Shown here: piece after piece, positions 1 to 9,889 of the stretch
How the letters are laid out: every line of letters starts with the position of its first letter
How positions within the stretch are numbered: position 1 is the first letter of the stretch
Source of the DNA: an uncultured Gammaproteobacteria bacterium
GTDB lineage: Bacteria; Patescibacteriota; Microgenomatia; Daviesbacterales; UBA10151
Reading direction: 5' to 3'
Assembly: GCA_964406775.1 (NCBI GenBank)
Contig: CAYOSW010000005.1
Location: 1,362 to 65,361 of the forward strand
Length of the DNA stretch: 64,000 nt
Position numbers and translations under genes: made by a program
The notes under the pieces: model-generated
What the model was told of the DNA's origin: nothing
Database searches by the model: none
What the model saw: the letters and a program-made list of their open reading frames with translations, nothing else

Positions 1-237
1 TGTTTGTCTGCCGCCGGCAGGTAGTATACCATCTGCTGCGTGTACCGACATAACTGCAAGTCTTGCTCCGATTTCCCTGCTCCCGGGAGTCTTTCCCGAC
101 ATTAATGCGACTGCTATTAATGCGGATTCTGCATCCGAGGAAGCTCTGCTTACTCTTGTTGCTCTCTCCAAAGCCGAACTTACCGGTTCACTACCAAACA
201 TAGTTATCGGATGAAGGTCTCCTTCAGGTGTTTTCAT
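1..237 (-). CDS. hypothetical protein, 5' end only (gene continues past window start)
   Basis: Hand translation of the reverse complement from an ATG at 235-237 gives MKTPEGDLHPITMFGSEPVSSALERATRVSRASSDAESALIAVALMSGKTPGS... with no stop. Begins 1 nt after the rpsK stop. Not recognisable as rpsD or rpoA, which normally follow rpsK. Confidence 0.3.
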   Translation of the reverse strand, partial: MKTPEGDLHPITMFGSEPVSSALERATRVSRASSDAESALIAVALMSGKTPGSREIGARLAVMSVHAADGILPAGGRQT

Positions 238-238
238 T

Positions 239-640
239 TTAAACTCTTCTCCTTTTTTCAGCTCTCGGTCCGTTATGAGGCATAGGTGTCACATCGGCAA
301 TCATCATAATATTTAATCCGGAATTTTTTAAAGCCCTTATCGAAGCGTCTCTGCCGGGTCCGGGACCTTTGATATAAACTTCTACCTGGCTCATACCTAA
401 AGATTTTCCTTTAGCTGCAACTTTTTCAACAGCCGAGATAGCTGCAAACGGAGTTGCGCGACGGGCCCCTTTAAAACCGGCGTTTCCCGAGGAACTCCAG
501 GTAAGTGCTTTTCCGGCTGAATCGGTTAAGGTAACCAAAGTATTATTAAAAGTGGCTGTAACGTAAAGTCTTCCCAAAGCGACGCTCTTGGGAGCGGTTT
601 CTTTTTTCTTATTAGATTTAAGTTGTACTTTTTTTGCCAT
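239..640 (-). CDS. rpsK: 30S ribosomal protein S11
   Basis: 133 aa ORF. Has the S11 family C-terminus (KDVTPMPHNGPRAEKRRRV) and the conserved position after rpsM. Confidence 0.95.
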   Translation of the reverse strand: MAKKVQLKSNKKKETAPKSVALGRLYVTATFNNTLVTLTDSAGKALTWSSSGNAGFKGARRATPFAAISAVEKVAAKGKSLGMSQVEVYIKGPGPGRDASIRALKNSGLNIMMIADVTPMPHNGPRAEKRRRV

Positions 641-651
641 ATATTTTTAAA

Positions 652-1047
652 TTATTTTGAGGGTGCAGTTTTTGCAACCACTTCTTTTCTGACTGTACCG
701 ACTGTCTTCCTCTTGCCTTTTCTGGTGCGGGCGTTGTGTCTGGTGTTCTGGCCTCTGGCCGGTAAACCCCTTCTGTGTCTTAAACCGCGGTAGGCGCCGA
801 TATCCTCAAGTCTTCTGATATTCTGGCTTATTTCACGGGTTAAATCTCCCTCAACTGTAATTCCCTCCAAAGCTTTGGAGAGTCTGTTAACTTCCTCTTC
901 GGTTAAATCTTTAATTCTTTTTGAGCCGTCAACTTTAGCTTTTTCAAGCATAAGTTTGACGTTACTCCGGCCGATACCGAATATTACGGTTAAACCGATG
1001 TCTGCTCTCTTTTCTGCTGGTAAATCAACTCCTACAATTCTTGCCAT
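652..1047 (-). CDS. rpsM: 30S ribosomal protein S13
   Basis: 131 aa ORF starting [10 protein letters not shown], which is a typical S13 N-terminus. Basic C-terminal tail. Conserved position. Confidence 0.95.
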   Translation of the reverse strand: MARIVGVDLPAEKRADIGLTVIFGIGRSNVKLMLEKAKVDGSKRIKDLTEEEVNRLSKALEGITVEGDLTREISQNIRRLEDIGAYRGLRHRRGLPARGQNTRHNARTRKGKRKTVGTVRKEVVAKTAPSK

Positions 1048-1067
1048 AATTTATCCTTGTCTCTGCT

Positions 1068-1184
1068 TTAGCCCTGACGTTGCTTATGCTTTGGGTCACG
1101 GGCACAAATCACAAATAAAATCCCCTCGCGCTTAACGAATTTACAACCGGTACATCTTGTTTTAACACTTGCTTGAACTTTCAT
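1068..1184 (-). CDS. rpmJ: 50S ribosomal protein L36
   Basis: Absent from the ORF track because it is under 60 aa. Hand translation gives [38 protein letters not shown] (38 aa). This has the C-x2-C ... C ... H zinc-ribbon pattern and the conserved KHKQRQG end. It sits between infA and rpsM as expected. Confidence 0.85.
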   Translation of the reverse strand: MKVQASVKTRCTGCKFVKREGILFVICARDPKHKQRQG

Positions 1185-1199
1185 TTTTTAAATCTCCGA

Positions 1200-1460
1200 T
1201 CATTTAACTCTAAACGTAATGCGCCCTTTGTCCAAATCATATTTGGCGCTCATCTCAGCCTTAACTCTGTCTCCGACCAACAGCCTGATATAATGTTTGC
1301 GCATTTTACCAGATATGTGACACAAAATCACGCGGCCTACAAGTTCCGGAATGTCCGGGCTCGATACTATCTCCACCCTGAACAAAGTATTGGGCAGAAC
1401 TTCAAGTACCTTACCTTGGATCTCAATAATATCCGGTGTATCCATTATTGCGTCAACCAA
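1200..1460 (-). CDS. infA: translation initiation factor IF-1
   Basis: 86 aa ORF with S1-like OB-fold motifs ([30 protein letters not shown]). The true start may be an internal Met. Confidence 0.9.
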   Translation of the reverse strand: MVDAIMDTPDIIEIQGKVLEVLPNTLFRVEIVSSPDIPELVGRVILCHISGKMRKHYIRLLVGDRVKAEMSAKYDLDKGRITFRVK

Positions 1461-1626
1461 AATTTACGCTCAAGTATTTTACCAAACTCAAGCGTAAAGC
1501 ACAACCCATAGCATAGGTTGGAATAAACCAATAGTCCAATGTCAAATAAACCAATTCTCAATAATAAAGTAAATTGAGCTTTTGTATATTGGGTTATTTG
1601 TTTATCGGGTTATTAGTTTATTAAGT

Positions 1627-2400
1627 TTATACCTTTCTCCAGTCGGTTAAGACCTCCGCTTTATCGCTCCCGATAACGACCGTCATCTCAAAAAGACCGC
1701 CCCAGGAACCGTCTTTTGAGGAGATCGTCCATCCGTCATTTTCCAGAATTACCTCGTGCCCGCCACGGTTATAAATAGCCTCAATGGCGATTGTCTGTCC
1801 TTTTTTTAAAGGTAATCCTCTCCCCGGTCTTCCGAATCCCGGAACTTCCGGGTCTTCGTGCAGTTTTTTACCGATTCCGTGACCGACGAGTGACCTTACA
1901 ACCGAATATCCGCCCCCCTCAACCTGTTTCTGCATCGCCGCTCCGATATCTCCGATCTTATTACCGCCCCGGGCTTGGGAGATACCGTTCCACATCGCCT
2001 GTTCTCCGACTTTTAAAAATTTATCTTTTTCATCGAAATCGGCAATTTTTGATTTTTGACCGACCATCACGCTCCAGGCTGCATCGGTATGCCAGCCGTT
2101 ATAAACCGCTCCGATATCGACACTGAAAATATCGCCCTCTTTAAGTTCAATCGGGCGGGGGATTCCGTGGACTACTTCGTTATTTAAGGTAAGACAGGTT
2201 GCCCAGTGATATCCGGGAACTGTTTTAAAACTGACCTGACCTCCCAATTTTAAAATTTCCGCCTCGGCGATATTATCAAGCTCGATCAGGCTTATTCCCG
2301 GTTTGACAGCCTCAAGGACCGCTTTTAACGCACCGGCGGTTATTTCGCCGCTTTTACGCATCAGTTCAATTTGGGAAGAAGTTCTCGGTGTTAGGCTCAT
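1627..2400 (-). CDS. map: methionine aminopeptidase type I
   Basis: 257 aa ORF with the metal-binding pattern of the M24A family (D...D...HGIG...E...E). Confidence 0.93.
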   Translation of the reverse strand: MSLTPRTSSQIELMRKSGEITAGALKAVLEAVKPGISLIELDNIAEAEILKLGGQVSFKTVPGYHWATCLTLNNEVVHGIPRPIELKEGDIFSVDIGAVYNGWHTDAAWSVMVGQKSKIADFDEKDKFLKVGEQAMWNGISQARGGNKIGDIGAAMQKQVEGGGYSVVRSLVGHGIGKKLHEDPEVPGFGRPGRGLPLKKGQTIAIEAIYNRGGHEVILENDGWTISSKDGSWGGLFEMTVVIGSDKAEVLTDWRKV

Positions 2401-2912
2401 TTCAAATTCTCCTCAATTTTTGCGAAAATCTCACCAATTCCGGCCGTACCGTCAACTCTCACTAATTTTTCTTTGTAAAAGTCCAGTATTTTTTCCAAAT
2501 CTTCCTGCTGGACCCTGATTCTGGTTTCAATCGCGCCTTCGGAATCATCAGCCCGGCCTCTTCCCTTCATCCTGTCTTTTAAAACCTCAATCGGCACCTC
2601 AAGATAAAAAACCTTATCGAATCCGGGGTCAAAAAGCTCAACCTGTTCGGTTGTCCTGGGGTATCCTTCCATAATAAAATCGTCCCCGACTTTCCCCGCT
2701 TCTGCTTTAATCAGCTCCGCGACCGTTGCATCGTCTACCAACTCGCCCGAAGCCATAATAGCTTTAATTTTTTGCGCCAATTCACCCTCGCCTGAGGCTA
2801 TCTCACGCAGTATATTGCCCATTCTGACGGGCTGTAAGCCGTATTTATCGGCTATTTTGTCGATTTGTGTAGTTTTACCTGAACCGGGGAGACCGACAAT
2901 GAGTATCTTCAT
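2397..2912 (-). CDS. adk: adenylate kinase (short form)
   Basis: 171 aa ORF with P-loop GLPGSGKTTQ at the N-terminus. Overlaps map by 4 nt. Conserved secY-adk-map order. Confidence 0.93.
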   Translation of the reverse strand: MKILIVGLPGSGKTTQIDKIADKYGLQPVRMGNILREIASGEGELAQKIKAIMASGELVDDATVAELIKAEAGKVGDDFIMEGYPRTTEQVELFDPGFDKVFYLEVPIEVLKDRMKGRGRADDSEGAIETRIRVQQEDLEKILDFYKEKLVRVDGTAGIGEIFAKIEENLK

Positions 2913-2914
2913 AT

Positions 2915-4243
2915 CTATGAAAGGAATTTATCGTAGTTTTTCTCAATCATTTTGCTTTCAAACTGCTTGGCAGTATCTAAAATTACCGAAACCACGATCA
3001 AAAGAGATGTTCCTCCGACAACTAAAGTTGAGATTCCGGTAAAGGAGGAGATTACCGAAGGCATAACCGCAATTGTTCCCAGGAATATCGCACCGGCCAA
3101 AGTTATCCTTACCAGGATGTAGTTTAAATACGAGGCCGTTGCACTGCCCGGTCTGATACCCGGAACAAACCCACCGTATTTTTTAATTTCGTCTGCAATC
3201 TTGGTCGGATTAAAAACTACCGCAGTATAAAAATAAGTAAATCCGATAACCAAAAGGAAATAGGTAAGGTTATATGCTATTGATTCCGGCTGGAAGTTCT
3301 GCACCAAAAATCTGCCGATATTTTGCAGAACCGGAACAGGGGACTGGGCTAAAAACTGACTCCCGAAAGAGGGGAGCAGTACTAAGGAAATTGCAAAAAT
3401 AATCGGAATAACACCGGTTTGGTTAACGCGCAGAGGCAGGTATGTTTGGACCTGGCTCATTCTCCGGCCGGCCGAAAAACGCCTGGCGTAATGAATCTGG
3501 ATTTGTCTGCGTCCTTCGTTAATAAATACAATTGCTGCGGTTACGAGCAATCCGACTGCTACAAAAATTAGAATATTTAAAAGTTGGGACTGCTCTACAA
3601 TTGATACAGTCTGGAATAAAACAACCGGCGCTCTTGCCAAAATACCGACTAAAATCAAAATGGAAATACCGTTGCCGATTCCGTACTCGGTTAAAAGCTC
3701 ACCCAGCCACATTGTAAACACCGTACCTGCAACCATAGCAACAATGATTGAAAGAATCGCCAAAGGAGTTCCGGCCTCAACCAGACCCTGATTTTTCAAA
3801 AGCGTATACATACCGACCGACTGAATAACTGCCAAAGGAATCGTCAGGAACCGGGTATATTGATTAATCTTCTGACGGCCCATCTCCCCTTCTTTGCTCA
3901 TTTCTTCAAGCTTCGGGAAAACCATAGTTAAAAGCTGCATAATAATCGAGGCGTTAATATACGGATTCAAACCGAGCGCCAAAACGGAAAAGTTAGTTAA
4001 GGTTCCTCCGGAAAAAATATCCAAAAGCCCGAGGAGCTGGTTACTGCCGAAAAGCTGACGGATGCCTTCAACATTAATACCCGCAATCGGGATCTGTGCT
4101 GACAGACGGAAAACAAAAATGATAATGGCGGTAATGATTAATTTGCGGCGGAGCTCCGGAATTTTTAAGGCATTTAATATCGGTTGAATTAAACTAGCCA
4201 ACTTTGCCTCCTGCAGTTTCGATCTTTTCTTTGACCTTCGCAC
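2915..4243 (-). CDS. secY: preprotein translocase subunit SecY
   Basis: 442 aa polytopic membrane ORF located between rplO and adk. Confidence 0.93.
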   Translation of the reverse strand: MRRSKKRSKLQEAKLASLIQPILNALKIPELRRKLIITAIIIFVFRLSAQIPIAGINVEGIRQLFGSNQLLGLLDIFSGGTLTNFSVLALGLNPYINASIIMQLLTMVFPKLEEMSKEGEMGRQKINQYTRFLTIPLAVIQSVGMYTLLKNQGLVEAGTPLAILSIIVAMVAGTVFTMWLGELLTEYGIGNGISILILVGILARAPVVLFQTVSIVEQSQLLNILIFVAVGLLVTAAIVFINEGRRQIQIHYARRFSAGRRMSQVQTYLPLRVNQTGVIPIIFAISLVLLPSFGSQFLAQSPVPVLQNIGRFLVQNFQPESIAYNLTYFLLVIGFTYFYTAVVFNPTKIADEIKKYGGFVPGIRPGSATASYLNYILVRITLAGAIFLGTIAVMPSVISSFTGISTLVVGGTSLLIVVSVILDTAKQFESKMIEKNYDKFLS

Positions 4244-4631
4244 TTACAGGAATTTCTACGACTAATCCTTTTACATTAAGCTCTCCCTTATTTAATACTT
4301 TTACTCCTCTTTTCAGCTTGCCCCGTCCGGATACAAGTCCGGCTTCAACCAGGGTTTCGATGCTTACTGTTGAATTAGTCTTGAATTTGTTTAAATCTTC
4401 GAGTGAAATCACAACCGGTGTCGGATCGGCTTTTTTATTTCCCCAACCGCGGACAAACGGAAGTTTCTTATATAAAGGCAAGCTTCCTCCGATGAAGGCT
4501 GCAGGAATTTTTCCGCGGGCTTTTTGTCCCTTTGAACCGCGTCCCCCGGTCTTACCTTTTCCTGACCCGGTTCCCCGGCCTAAACGCTTTTTACTTCTTT
4601 CAATTGTTTTAGGTAATTCGCTTAATTTCAT
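4194..4631 (-). CDS. rplO: 50S ribosomal protein L15
   Basis: 145 aa ORF with a Gly/Arg/Lys-rich N-terminal region ([20 protein letters not shown]) typical of L15. Position upstream of secY. Confidence 0.9.
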   Translation of the reverse strand: MKLSELPKTIERSKKRLGRGTGSGKGKTGGRGSKGQKARGKIPAAFIGGSLPLYKKLPFVRGWGNKKADPTPVVISLEDLNKFKTNSTVSIETLVEAGLVSGRGKLKRGVKVLNKGELNVKGLVVEIPVSAKVKEKIETAGGKVG

Positions 4632-5236
4632 TTTGTTTCCTCTTTCTTTTTAGGCTCTTCCTTTTTCTCAGCCTTTTCAGCTTTCTTTTGTTCTTTTGCT
4701 TCTTTCAATGCTTTATTTTCATCTTCCTGTTTTTTATCGGCAACCGCATATTTGGATGCGGTAATTTCTTTCAAAGCGTGCAATGTTGCATAAACATTTG
4801 AAGCTTTGTTGTTGGTTCCCAGGATTTTTGAAACGACATCGTGAATTCCTGCCGCTTCTACTACAACCCTGACCGGACCTCCCGCAATAACTCCGGTTCC
4901 CTTAGGTGCCGGTTTAAGTAAAATAATCGCTGCACCGAGTTTGACGTTAACGGAATGCAGAATTGTCCTGCCGTCTTTTAACGGAACCATAACCATATGT
5001 TTTTTCGCATAACTGGTCGCTTTCCTGACTGCCGATTGAACATCCGCTGCTTTACCCAGTCCGACTCCGACTTTGCCTTTTTTATCACCGACGACAACCA
5101 ATACCGAAAGTGATCTTTTATCTCCACCCTTGGTTTTTTTGGAAACACGGTTGACCTGGACTACCTTCTCGTAAAAATCTGAAGGTTCCTGAAGTCTTCT
5201 GTTATCTCTTCTGTTATCACGTTGTTTAAAATCCAT
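4628..5236 (-). CDS. rpsE: 30S ribosomal protein S5 with Lys/Glu-rich C-terminal extension
   Basis: 202 aa ORF. The S5 dsRBD core (VNRVSKKTKGG, GGPVRVV) is followed by a roughly 45 aa K/E-rich tail ([35 protein letters not shown]). Confidence 0.9.
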   Translation of the reverse strand: MDFKQRDNRRDNRRLQEPSDFYEKVVQVNRVSKKTKGGDKRSLSVLVVVGDKKGKVGVGLGKAADVQSAVRKATSYAKKHMVMVPLKDGRTILHSVNVKLGAAIILLKPAPKGTGVIAGGPVRVVVEAAGIHDVVSKILGTNNKASNVYATLHALKEITASKYAVADKKQEDENKALKEAKEQKKAEKAEKKEEPKKKEETK

Positions 5237-5571
5237 TAGAACTGCAAACCTCCCTTTCTTAATCCTTCAGCAACAGCCGCAACCCGGCCGTGATAGGCAA
5301 ATCCCCCTCGGTCAAAAATTATTTTGGTAATTTTTGCTTTAACTGCTTTTTGAGCCAGAGTTTCACCGACTTTTGTTGCCCTTTCGGTTTTTGTACCGCC
5401 TTTGGCGTTCAGGTCAGATTCAGAAGCCAATGTTTTACCGGCATTATCGTCAATAATTTGAGCATAAATATGCTGACCGGATTTAAATACGGCGACTCTC
5501 GGTTTTTCGGCAGTACCGAAAATATTTTTTCTGACTCTTTTATGCTTACTTACTCTTAATATTTTTTTCAT
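5236..5571 (-). CDS. rplR: 50S ribosomal protein L18
   Basis: 111 aa ORF with the L18 pattern (RVAVFKS..HIYAQIIDD, FDRGGF.YHGRV). Position between rpsE and rplF. Confidence 0.9.
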   Translation of the reverse strand: MKKILRVSKHKRVRKNIFGTAEKPRVAVFKSGQHIYAQIIDDNAGKTLASESDLNAKGGTKTERATKVGETLAQKAVKAKITKIIFDRGGFAYHGRVAAVAEGLRKGGLQF

Positions 5572-5573
5572 TT

Positions 5574-6128
5574 TTATTTAGCTCCGGTGGCCGCTTTACC
5601 TGCTTTTCCGGCCTTCTTTCTTACGTATTCTCCGGCATATCTGATACCTTTACCCTGATAAACTTCCGGCGGTTTAACTCCTCTGATATTGGCGGCGATC
5701 TGGCCTACCAAAATCTTGTTATATCCTGAAACTTTAATTTTAGTGTTGTCGGCAACCGCAAAAGTAATTCCTTCAGGTGCTTTAATAACAACCTGGTGAG
5801 AAAAACCGACGTTTAAAGTCAGACTTTCCCCTCCGCCTTGCGCTCTGTATCCGACACCGACCATTTCCAGATTTTTATCCCATCCTGCCGAAACACCGAT
5901 TACCATATTGCTGATCAGCGAGCGGGTCAGTCCGTGCATTGCAGCCGCTTTTTCATAACCTTTTTTGGCTTTAACCGTTATTACACTTCCTTCGATCTCG
6001 AGCTTGACTGCAGGATTTAACTCCATAGCCAAAGTTCCTTTTGAGCCTTTTACGGTTAAATTATCACCCTCAAGATTTACTTCTACTCCTGCAGGTATTG
6101 TTATTGGATTGTTTCCTATTCTACTCAT
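5574..6128 (-). CDS. rplF: 50S ribosomal protein L6
   Basis: 184 aa ORF with two L6 repeats (PI.IP.GV.V, GYNKILVGQIAANIR). Confidence 0.9.
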   Translation of the reverse strand: MSRIGNNPITIPAGVEVNLEGDNLTVKGSKGTLAMELNPAVKLEIEGSVITVKAKKGYEKAAAMHGLTRSLISNMVIGVSAGWDKNLEMVGVGYRAQGGGESLTLNVGFSHQVVIKAPEGITFAVADNTKIKVSGYNKILVGQIAANIRGVKPPEVYQGKGIRYAGEYVRKKAGKAGKAATGAK

Positions 6129-6179
6129 AATTAATTTCTTCTTTTGGTTAAAAGCCCTTGCAAACTAAGTTTGCTCCGG

Positions 6180-6572
6180 TTACCAAACGTGTGCGAGAAT
6201 TTCTCCGCCCACGCCCTCCTTTCTTGCTCTTTTATCGCTCATTACACCTTTAGGCGTTGAGATGATTGCCAGTCCAAAGCCGTTTAATACTCTCGGTAAA
6301 GCCTTGCTCGGTTTGTAAACCCGCAGTCCCGGCTTGGAAATCCTTTTAACATCGGTCAGTGCGGCTTTCCTGCCTAAGTATTTCAGCTCAACGGTAATTT
6401 TGCTGAAATTTTTGCCTTCTATCTTTTCTTCTTTAAAGCTCTCGATAAATCCTTCCTCTTTTAAGAGTGCACAAATTGCCAAAACAAGTTTTGAGTAAGG
6501 CAATACAATCGTATCTTTAAACGAAAGATAACCGTTTTTTATTCTTATTAATGAGTCAGCTACTATATCCAT
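6180..6572 (-). CDS. rpsH: 30S ribosomal protein S8
   Basis: 130 aa ORF starting MDIVADSLIRIKNGY, a typical S8 N-terminus. Position between the S14 gene and rplF. Confidence 0.9.
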   Translation of the reverse strand: MDIVADSLIRIKNGYLSFKDTIVLPYSKLVLAICALLKEEGFIESFKEEKIEGKNFSKITVELKYLGRKAALTDVKRISKPGLRVYKPSKALPRVLNGFGLAIISTPKGVMSDKRARKEGVGGEILAHVW

Positions 6573-6656
6573 ATTTTTACTACCAGCTCGCTTTCTTTAC
6601 GCCGGGCAAATACCCTTTTAGAGAACGAAGTTCTCGCAAAGGCTATCTATCTATAC

Positions 6657-6836
6657 CTACCATGACGCTTTCTTAACGCCTGGTAGATAGCCTTTATAAA
6701 CGAATTCTCTGAAACAAATACGGCATAAGCCGAATCTGCGGAGATATCCGTGAGGTCTTCCGCAACGGGAACAGATGTTGCGCTTTTGAACCTCAAATTT
6801 AAACTTCTTTTTTACTACATTACTTGTTTTAGCCAT
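6657..6836 (-). CDS. rpsZ: 30S ribosomal protein S14 type Z (zinc-binding)
   Basis: Absent from the ORF track because it is under 60 aa. Hand translation gives [59 protein letters not shown] (59 aa). It has the C-x2-C ... C-x2-C motif of S14 type Z and sits between rplE and rpsH. Confidence 0.85.
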   Translation of the reverse strand: MAKTSNVVKKKFKFEVQKRNICSRCGRPHGYLRRFGLCRICFREFVYKGYLPGVKKASW

Positions 6837-6901
6837 ATTTTTATTTTAAAAAACCTTTTCTTTATCTTGAAACGAAGGATCTTCGATTCAAGCTTCATAT
6901 T

Positions 6902-7456
6902 CTAACCTGTTTGTTGTGCTTTAGCAAAGGGCATACCCAATAGCTCCAGCAATTTTTTACCTTCCTCTTTATTGCGGGCAGATGTATTTATTGTAATCTG
7001 CAAACCGCGCAAACGATCGATAGTCTTATAATCAACCTCGGGGAAAAGAATTTGCTCCCTCAGTCCCAGGTTAAAATTACCCTGTCCGTCAAACGATTTA
7101 TCCGAAACTCCCCGGAAGTCCCTGACTTTTGGCAATACGATGTTGATCAGCTTGTCCAAAAATGCAAACATTTTCTCGCCTCTTAAAGTCGCCATAACTC
7201 CGATCGGCGCACCTTCGGTCAGCTTAAAGGCCGAAATCGATTTTTTAGCTCTTGTTGTCATAGCTTTTTGTCCGGCGATTGCAGTTATGTTCGCTGCTGC
7301 TTTTTCGATTACCGATGAGTTTTCTTTACCCTCGGAAACCGCCATATTAACAACAACCTTAATCAATCTCGGGAGAGCGTGAATATTTTTAGTACCAAGC
7401 TCTTCGGTAAGTTTGACTTTAACTTCTTCGTTATATTTTTGTTTTAAACGGTTCAT
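6902..7456 (-). CDS. rplE: 50S ribosomal protein L5
   Basis: 184 aa ORF starting MNRLKQKYNEEV. Position between rplX and the S14 gene. Confidence 0.9.
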   Translation of the reverse strand: MNRLKQKYNEEVKVKLTEELGTKNIHALPRLIKVVVNMAVSEGKENSSVIEKAAANITAIAGQKAMTTRAKKSISAFKLTEGAPIGVMATLRGEKMFAFLDKLINIVLPKVRDFRGVSDKSFDGQGNFNLGLREQILFPEVDYKTIDRLRGLQITINTSARNKEEGKKLLELLGMPFAKAQQTG

Positions 7457-7779
7457 TATCCTTTAATCTCCTTTTTGCATTTTCTGCAGATTCTAACTTT
7501 GACGCCTTTTTCGATCAGGAATCCGACCCTGGTTGGCTTTTTACAATTAGGGCAAACCAAAGCCACGTTAGAAATATCAACCGGTTTTACCAGATCAACA
7601 ATTCCCCCCTGAGTGTCGTTAAACTTTTTGACACTTCTTTTGGAGATGTTAATTCCTCCGACAATTACCCGGCTCTCTTTTGTTAAGACTTTCTCAACAG
7701 AGCCCTCTCTGCCCGAGTCTTTTCCTAATAATATTTTTACTTTATCGCCTTTTTTTATCTTGTTCATAATCTTTACCAC
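7456..7779 (-). CDS. rplX: 50S ribosomal protein L24 (KOW domain plus C-terminal zinc ribbon)
   Basis: 107 aa ORF. KOW motif (KKGDKVKILLGKDSGREGSV) plus CPNCKK ... CRKCKK, a C-x2-C ... C-x2-C pattern. Confidence 0.85.
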   Translation of the reverse strand: MVKIMNKIKKGDKVKILLGKDSGREGSVEKVLTKESRVIVGGINISKRSVKKFNDTQGGIVDLVKPVDISNVALVCPNCKKPTRVGFLIEKGVKVRICRKCKKEIKG

Positions 7780-8141
7780 ACCTCTCTCGCAAGCGAGATT
7801 ATTTTCGAAAATCCTGCATCCCTGACTTCTCTTGCGATCGGTCCGAATATACGGGTTGCTCTTAAATTATTATCTTTATCAACAACAACCCCGGCATTTT
7901 CGTCAAATTTAACGTAAGAACCGTCAGCACGTCTCTGCTCTTTTCTGCATCTGACGATAACTATTCTTACTACCTCACCGTTTTTAACCTGACCGTTCGG
8001 ATCAGCGCCTTTTACGACACCGACAACCAACTCTCCGGCTTTGGCTTTTCTTTTTCCGGATCCGCCCAAAGGCTGGATTACCATCAAAGCTTTAGCGCCC
8101 GAGTTATCTGCAACTTTAAGATACGTACGATGCTGAACCAT
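7773..8141 (-). CDS. rplN: 50S ribosomal protein L14
   Basis: 122 aa ORF starting MVQHRTYLKVADNSGAK, a typical L14 N-terminus. Confidence 0.95.
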   Translation of the reverse strand: MVQHRTYLKVADNSGAKALMVIQPLGGSGKRKAKAGELVVGVVKGADPNGQVKNGEVVRIVIVRCRKEQRRADGSYVKFDENAGVVVDKDNNLRATRIFGPIAREVRDAGFSKIISLAREVW

Positions 8142-8554
8142 TATTTAACAACCTCTTTCTTTGTCTTTTTTGCAACTTTTTTCTCTTCTTTTTTAGCTTC
8201 TTTTTTTGCAACCGGTTCAACTTTAGCTTCTGCTTCCGCAACTTCTACTGCTTCTTCCTTTTCCTCAGGCATAACTTCCGCTATTGCCTCTTCTTCAACC
8301 TGCTTCATTGCAGCCTCACCGAGAGCAACTACGTCTTTTCCTAAGATTTTTATCACTTTAAAGTGCTTGTTCTTAGAAATAGGTCTGGTTTCGGTGATGC
8401 TTACAACGTCACCCTCTTTTGCACCCATCTCGTCGTGAACTAAATATTTTTTGCTCCAGACATAAGTCTTTTTATAAAGAGGATGTGTTTTTTTACCCTC
8501 TACTAAAACCGAAACTGTCTTTTGCATTTTTGCCGACACTACTCTTCCTATCAT
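8141..8554 (-). CDS. rpsQ: 30S ribosomal protein S17 with acidic/K-rich C-terminal extension
   Basis: 137 aa ORF. The S17 OB-fold core (GRVVSAKMQKTVSV ... HDE ... GDVV.I.E.RPISK.K.F) is followed by about 50 aa that are E/K/A-rich. Confidence 0.85.
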   Translation of the reverse strand: MIGRVVSAKMQKTVSVLVEGKKTHPLYKKTYVWSKKYLVHDEMGAKEGDVVSITETRPISKNKHFKVIKILGKDVVALGEAAMKQVEEEAIAEVMPEEKEEAVEVAEAEAKVEPVAKKEAKKEEKKVAKKTKKEVVK

Positions 8555-8826
8555 TTTTTCTTTGCCTCCTTTTCTTCGGATTTCTTCACTTCTGCCTTTT
8601 CTTCTTTAGGCTCAAGTTTTGCAATCATCGATTTTTGAGACAGAACAGTCTGAACTCTTGCCAGCTCTTTCTTCTTTTTAGAAATTGATTTTAAGTCTTT
8701 TAATTTGTTCATATTTTTATCCAAAACCAAATCATTAATTTCAATTTTGAGCGCTTTTGATTTTGCAACCAAAGCTGCAATATCCAAAACTTTTATTTCA
8801 TTTTTTAAATCTCTTAATTTTGTCAT
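8551..8826 (-). CDS. rpmC: 50S ribosomal protein L29 with K/E-rich C-terminal tail
   Basis: The L29 helical core starts at MTKLRDLKNEIKVL. The ORF-track start at 8850 would overlap the rplP end, so the internal Met at 8826 is preferred. This start choice is uncertain. Confidence 0.75.
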   Translation of the reverse strand: MTKLRDLKNEIKVLDIAALVAKSKALKIEINDLVLDKNMNKLKDLKSISKKKKELARVQTVLSQKSMIAKLEPKEEKAEVKKSEEKEAKKK

Positions 8827-8830
8827 TTTT

Positions 8831-9247
8831 TTAACTTTCTTTAGATACAAATCTGGTTTTCAATGCCAGTTTATGAGCGGCCAATCTGATTGCTTCTCTG
8901 GCAATATCTTCGGCAACCGCACCCATTTCAAAAATTACCGTACCGGGTTTAACCACCGCGACATATCCGATAACATCTCCTTTTCCCGAACCCATTCTGG
9001 CTTCAGCCGGATGCTTTGTGATCGGCTTGTCAGGAAAAATCCTGATCCAGATACGTCCGCCCCTTTGGGTGAACTTGGTCATAGCTCTTCTGGCCGCTTC
9101 AATTTGTCTTGAAGTAATCCAGCCTGCTTCTTCCGATTTCAAAGCGAAAGACCCGAAAGAAATAGTATTATTTCTGGTCGCAATTCCGCCTCTTTTTCCC
9201 CTGAAGGCTTTTCTGTATTTAACTCTTTTAGGAGCTAACAGTGACAT
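8831..9247 (-). CDS. rplP: 50S ribosomal protein L16
   Basis: 138 aa ORF with L16/L10e family motifs ([25 protein letters not shown]). Confidence 0.95.
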   Translation of the reverse strand: MSLLAPKRVKYRKAFRGKRGGIATRNNTISFGSFALKSEEAGWITSRQIEAARRAMTKFTQRGGRIWIRIFPDKPITKHPAEARMGSGKGDVIGYVAVVKPGTVIFEMGAVAEDIAREAIRLAAHKLALKTRFVSKES

Positions 9248-9888
9248 TAGATTTTAGCCTCCCCTTTATTGATCCAAACTTTAACTCCGACATATCCTGA
9301 TTTGGTTAAAGCAGGGTATACCGCAAAATCAATGTTTGAACGCAAAGTGTGCAAAGGAATCGATCCTAAAGCCTTCCATTCTCTTCTGGCAATTTCTGCT
9401 CCTCCGATACGTCCCGATAAAACAACTTTGACTCCTTTTGCTCCGGCCTGCATAACTCTCTCAACAGCCTGATTCATAACTCTGGCTGCCGGCATTCTTC
9501 TTACCAACTGCTCGGAGATATTCACCGCAACAAGATATGCCTGTAAATCGGGAGCTCTAACATCCATAGGTGCAATCTCCAGTTTATTTTCATCTTTGAT
9601 CTTGATCTGCTTCATTAAGAACTTTTTCAGATCCAAGAGTCCGCTTCCGCCTTTACCGATCAGAACTCCGGGGCGGGTAACGTGGATTATCACTTTAACT
9701 TTACCGACCGCGCGCTCTATTTCGATCTTAGAAATACCTGCGGGCCTTAATTTTTTCATTAAGATCTCGCGGATTTTTATGTCTTCGTGCAATAAAGCCG
9801 CATATTTTTTGCCCGGAGCAAACCACCTGGATTCCCAGGGTGCTAATATTCCAAGTCTAAAACCGATCGGATTTATCTTTTGTCCCAT
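9247..9888 (-). CDS. rpsC: 30S ribosomal protein S3
   Basis: 213 aa ORF starting [13 protein letters not shown], the S3 KH-domain N-terminus. Confidence 0.95.
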   Translation of the reverse strand: MGQKINPIGFRLGILAPWESRWFAPGKKYAALLHEDIKIREILMKKLRPAGISKIEIERAVGKVKVIIHVTRPGVLIGKGGSGLLDLKKFLMKQIKIKDENKLEIAPMDVRAPDLQAYLVAVNISEQLVRRMPAARVMNQAVERVMQAGAKGVKVVLSGRIGGAEIARREWKALGSIPLHTLRSNIDFAVYPALTKSGYVGVKVWINKGEAKI

Positions 9889-9889
9889 A

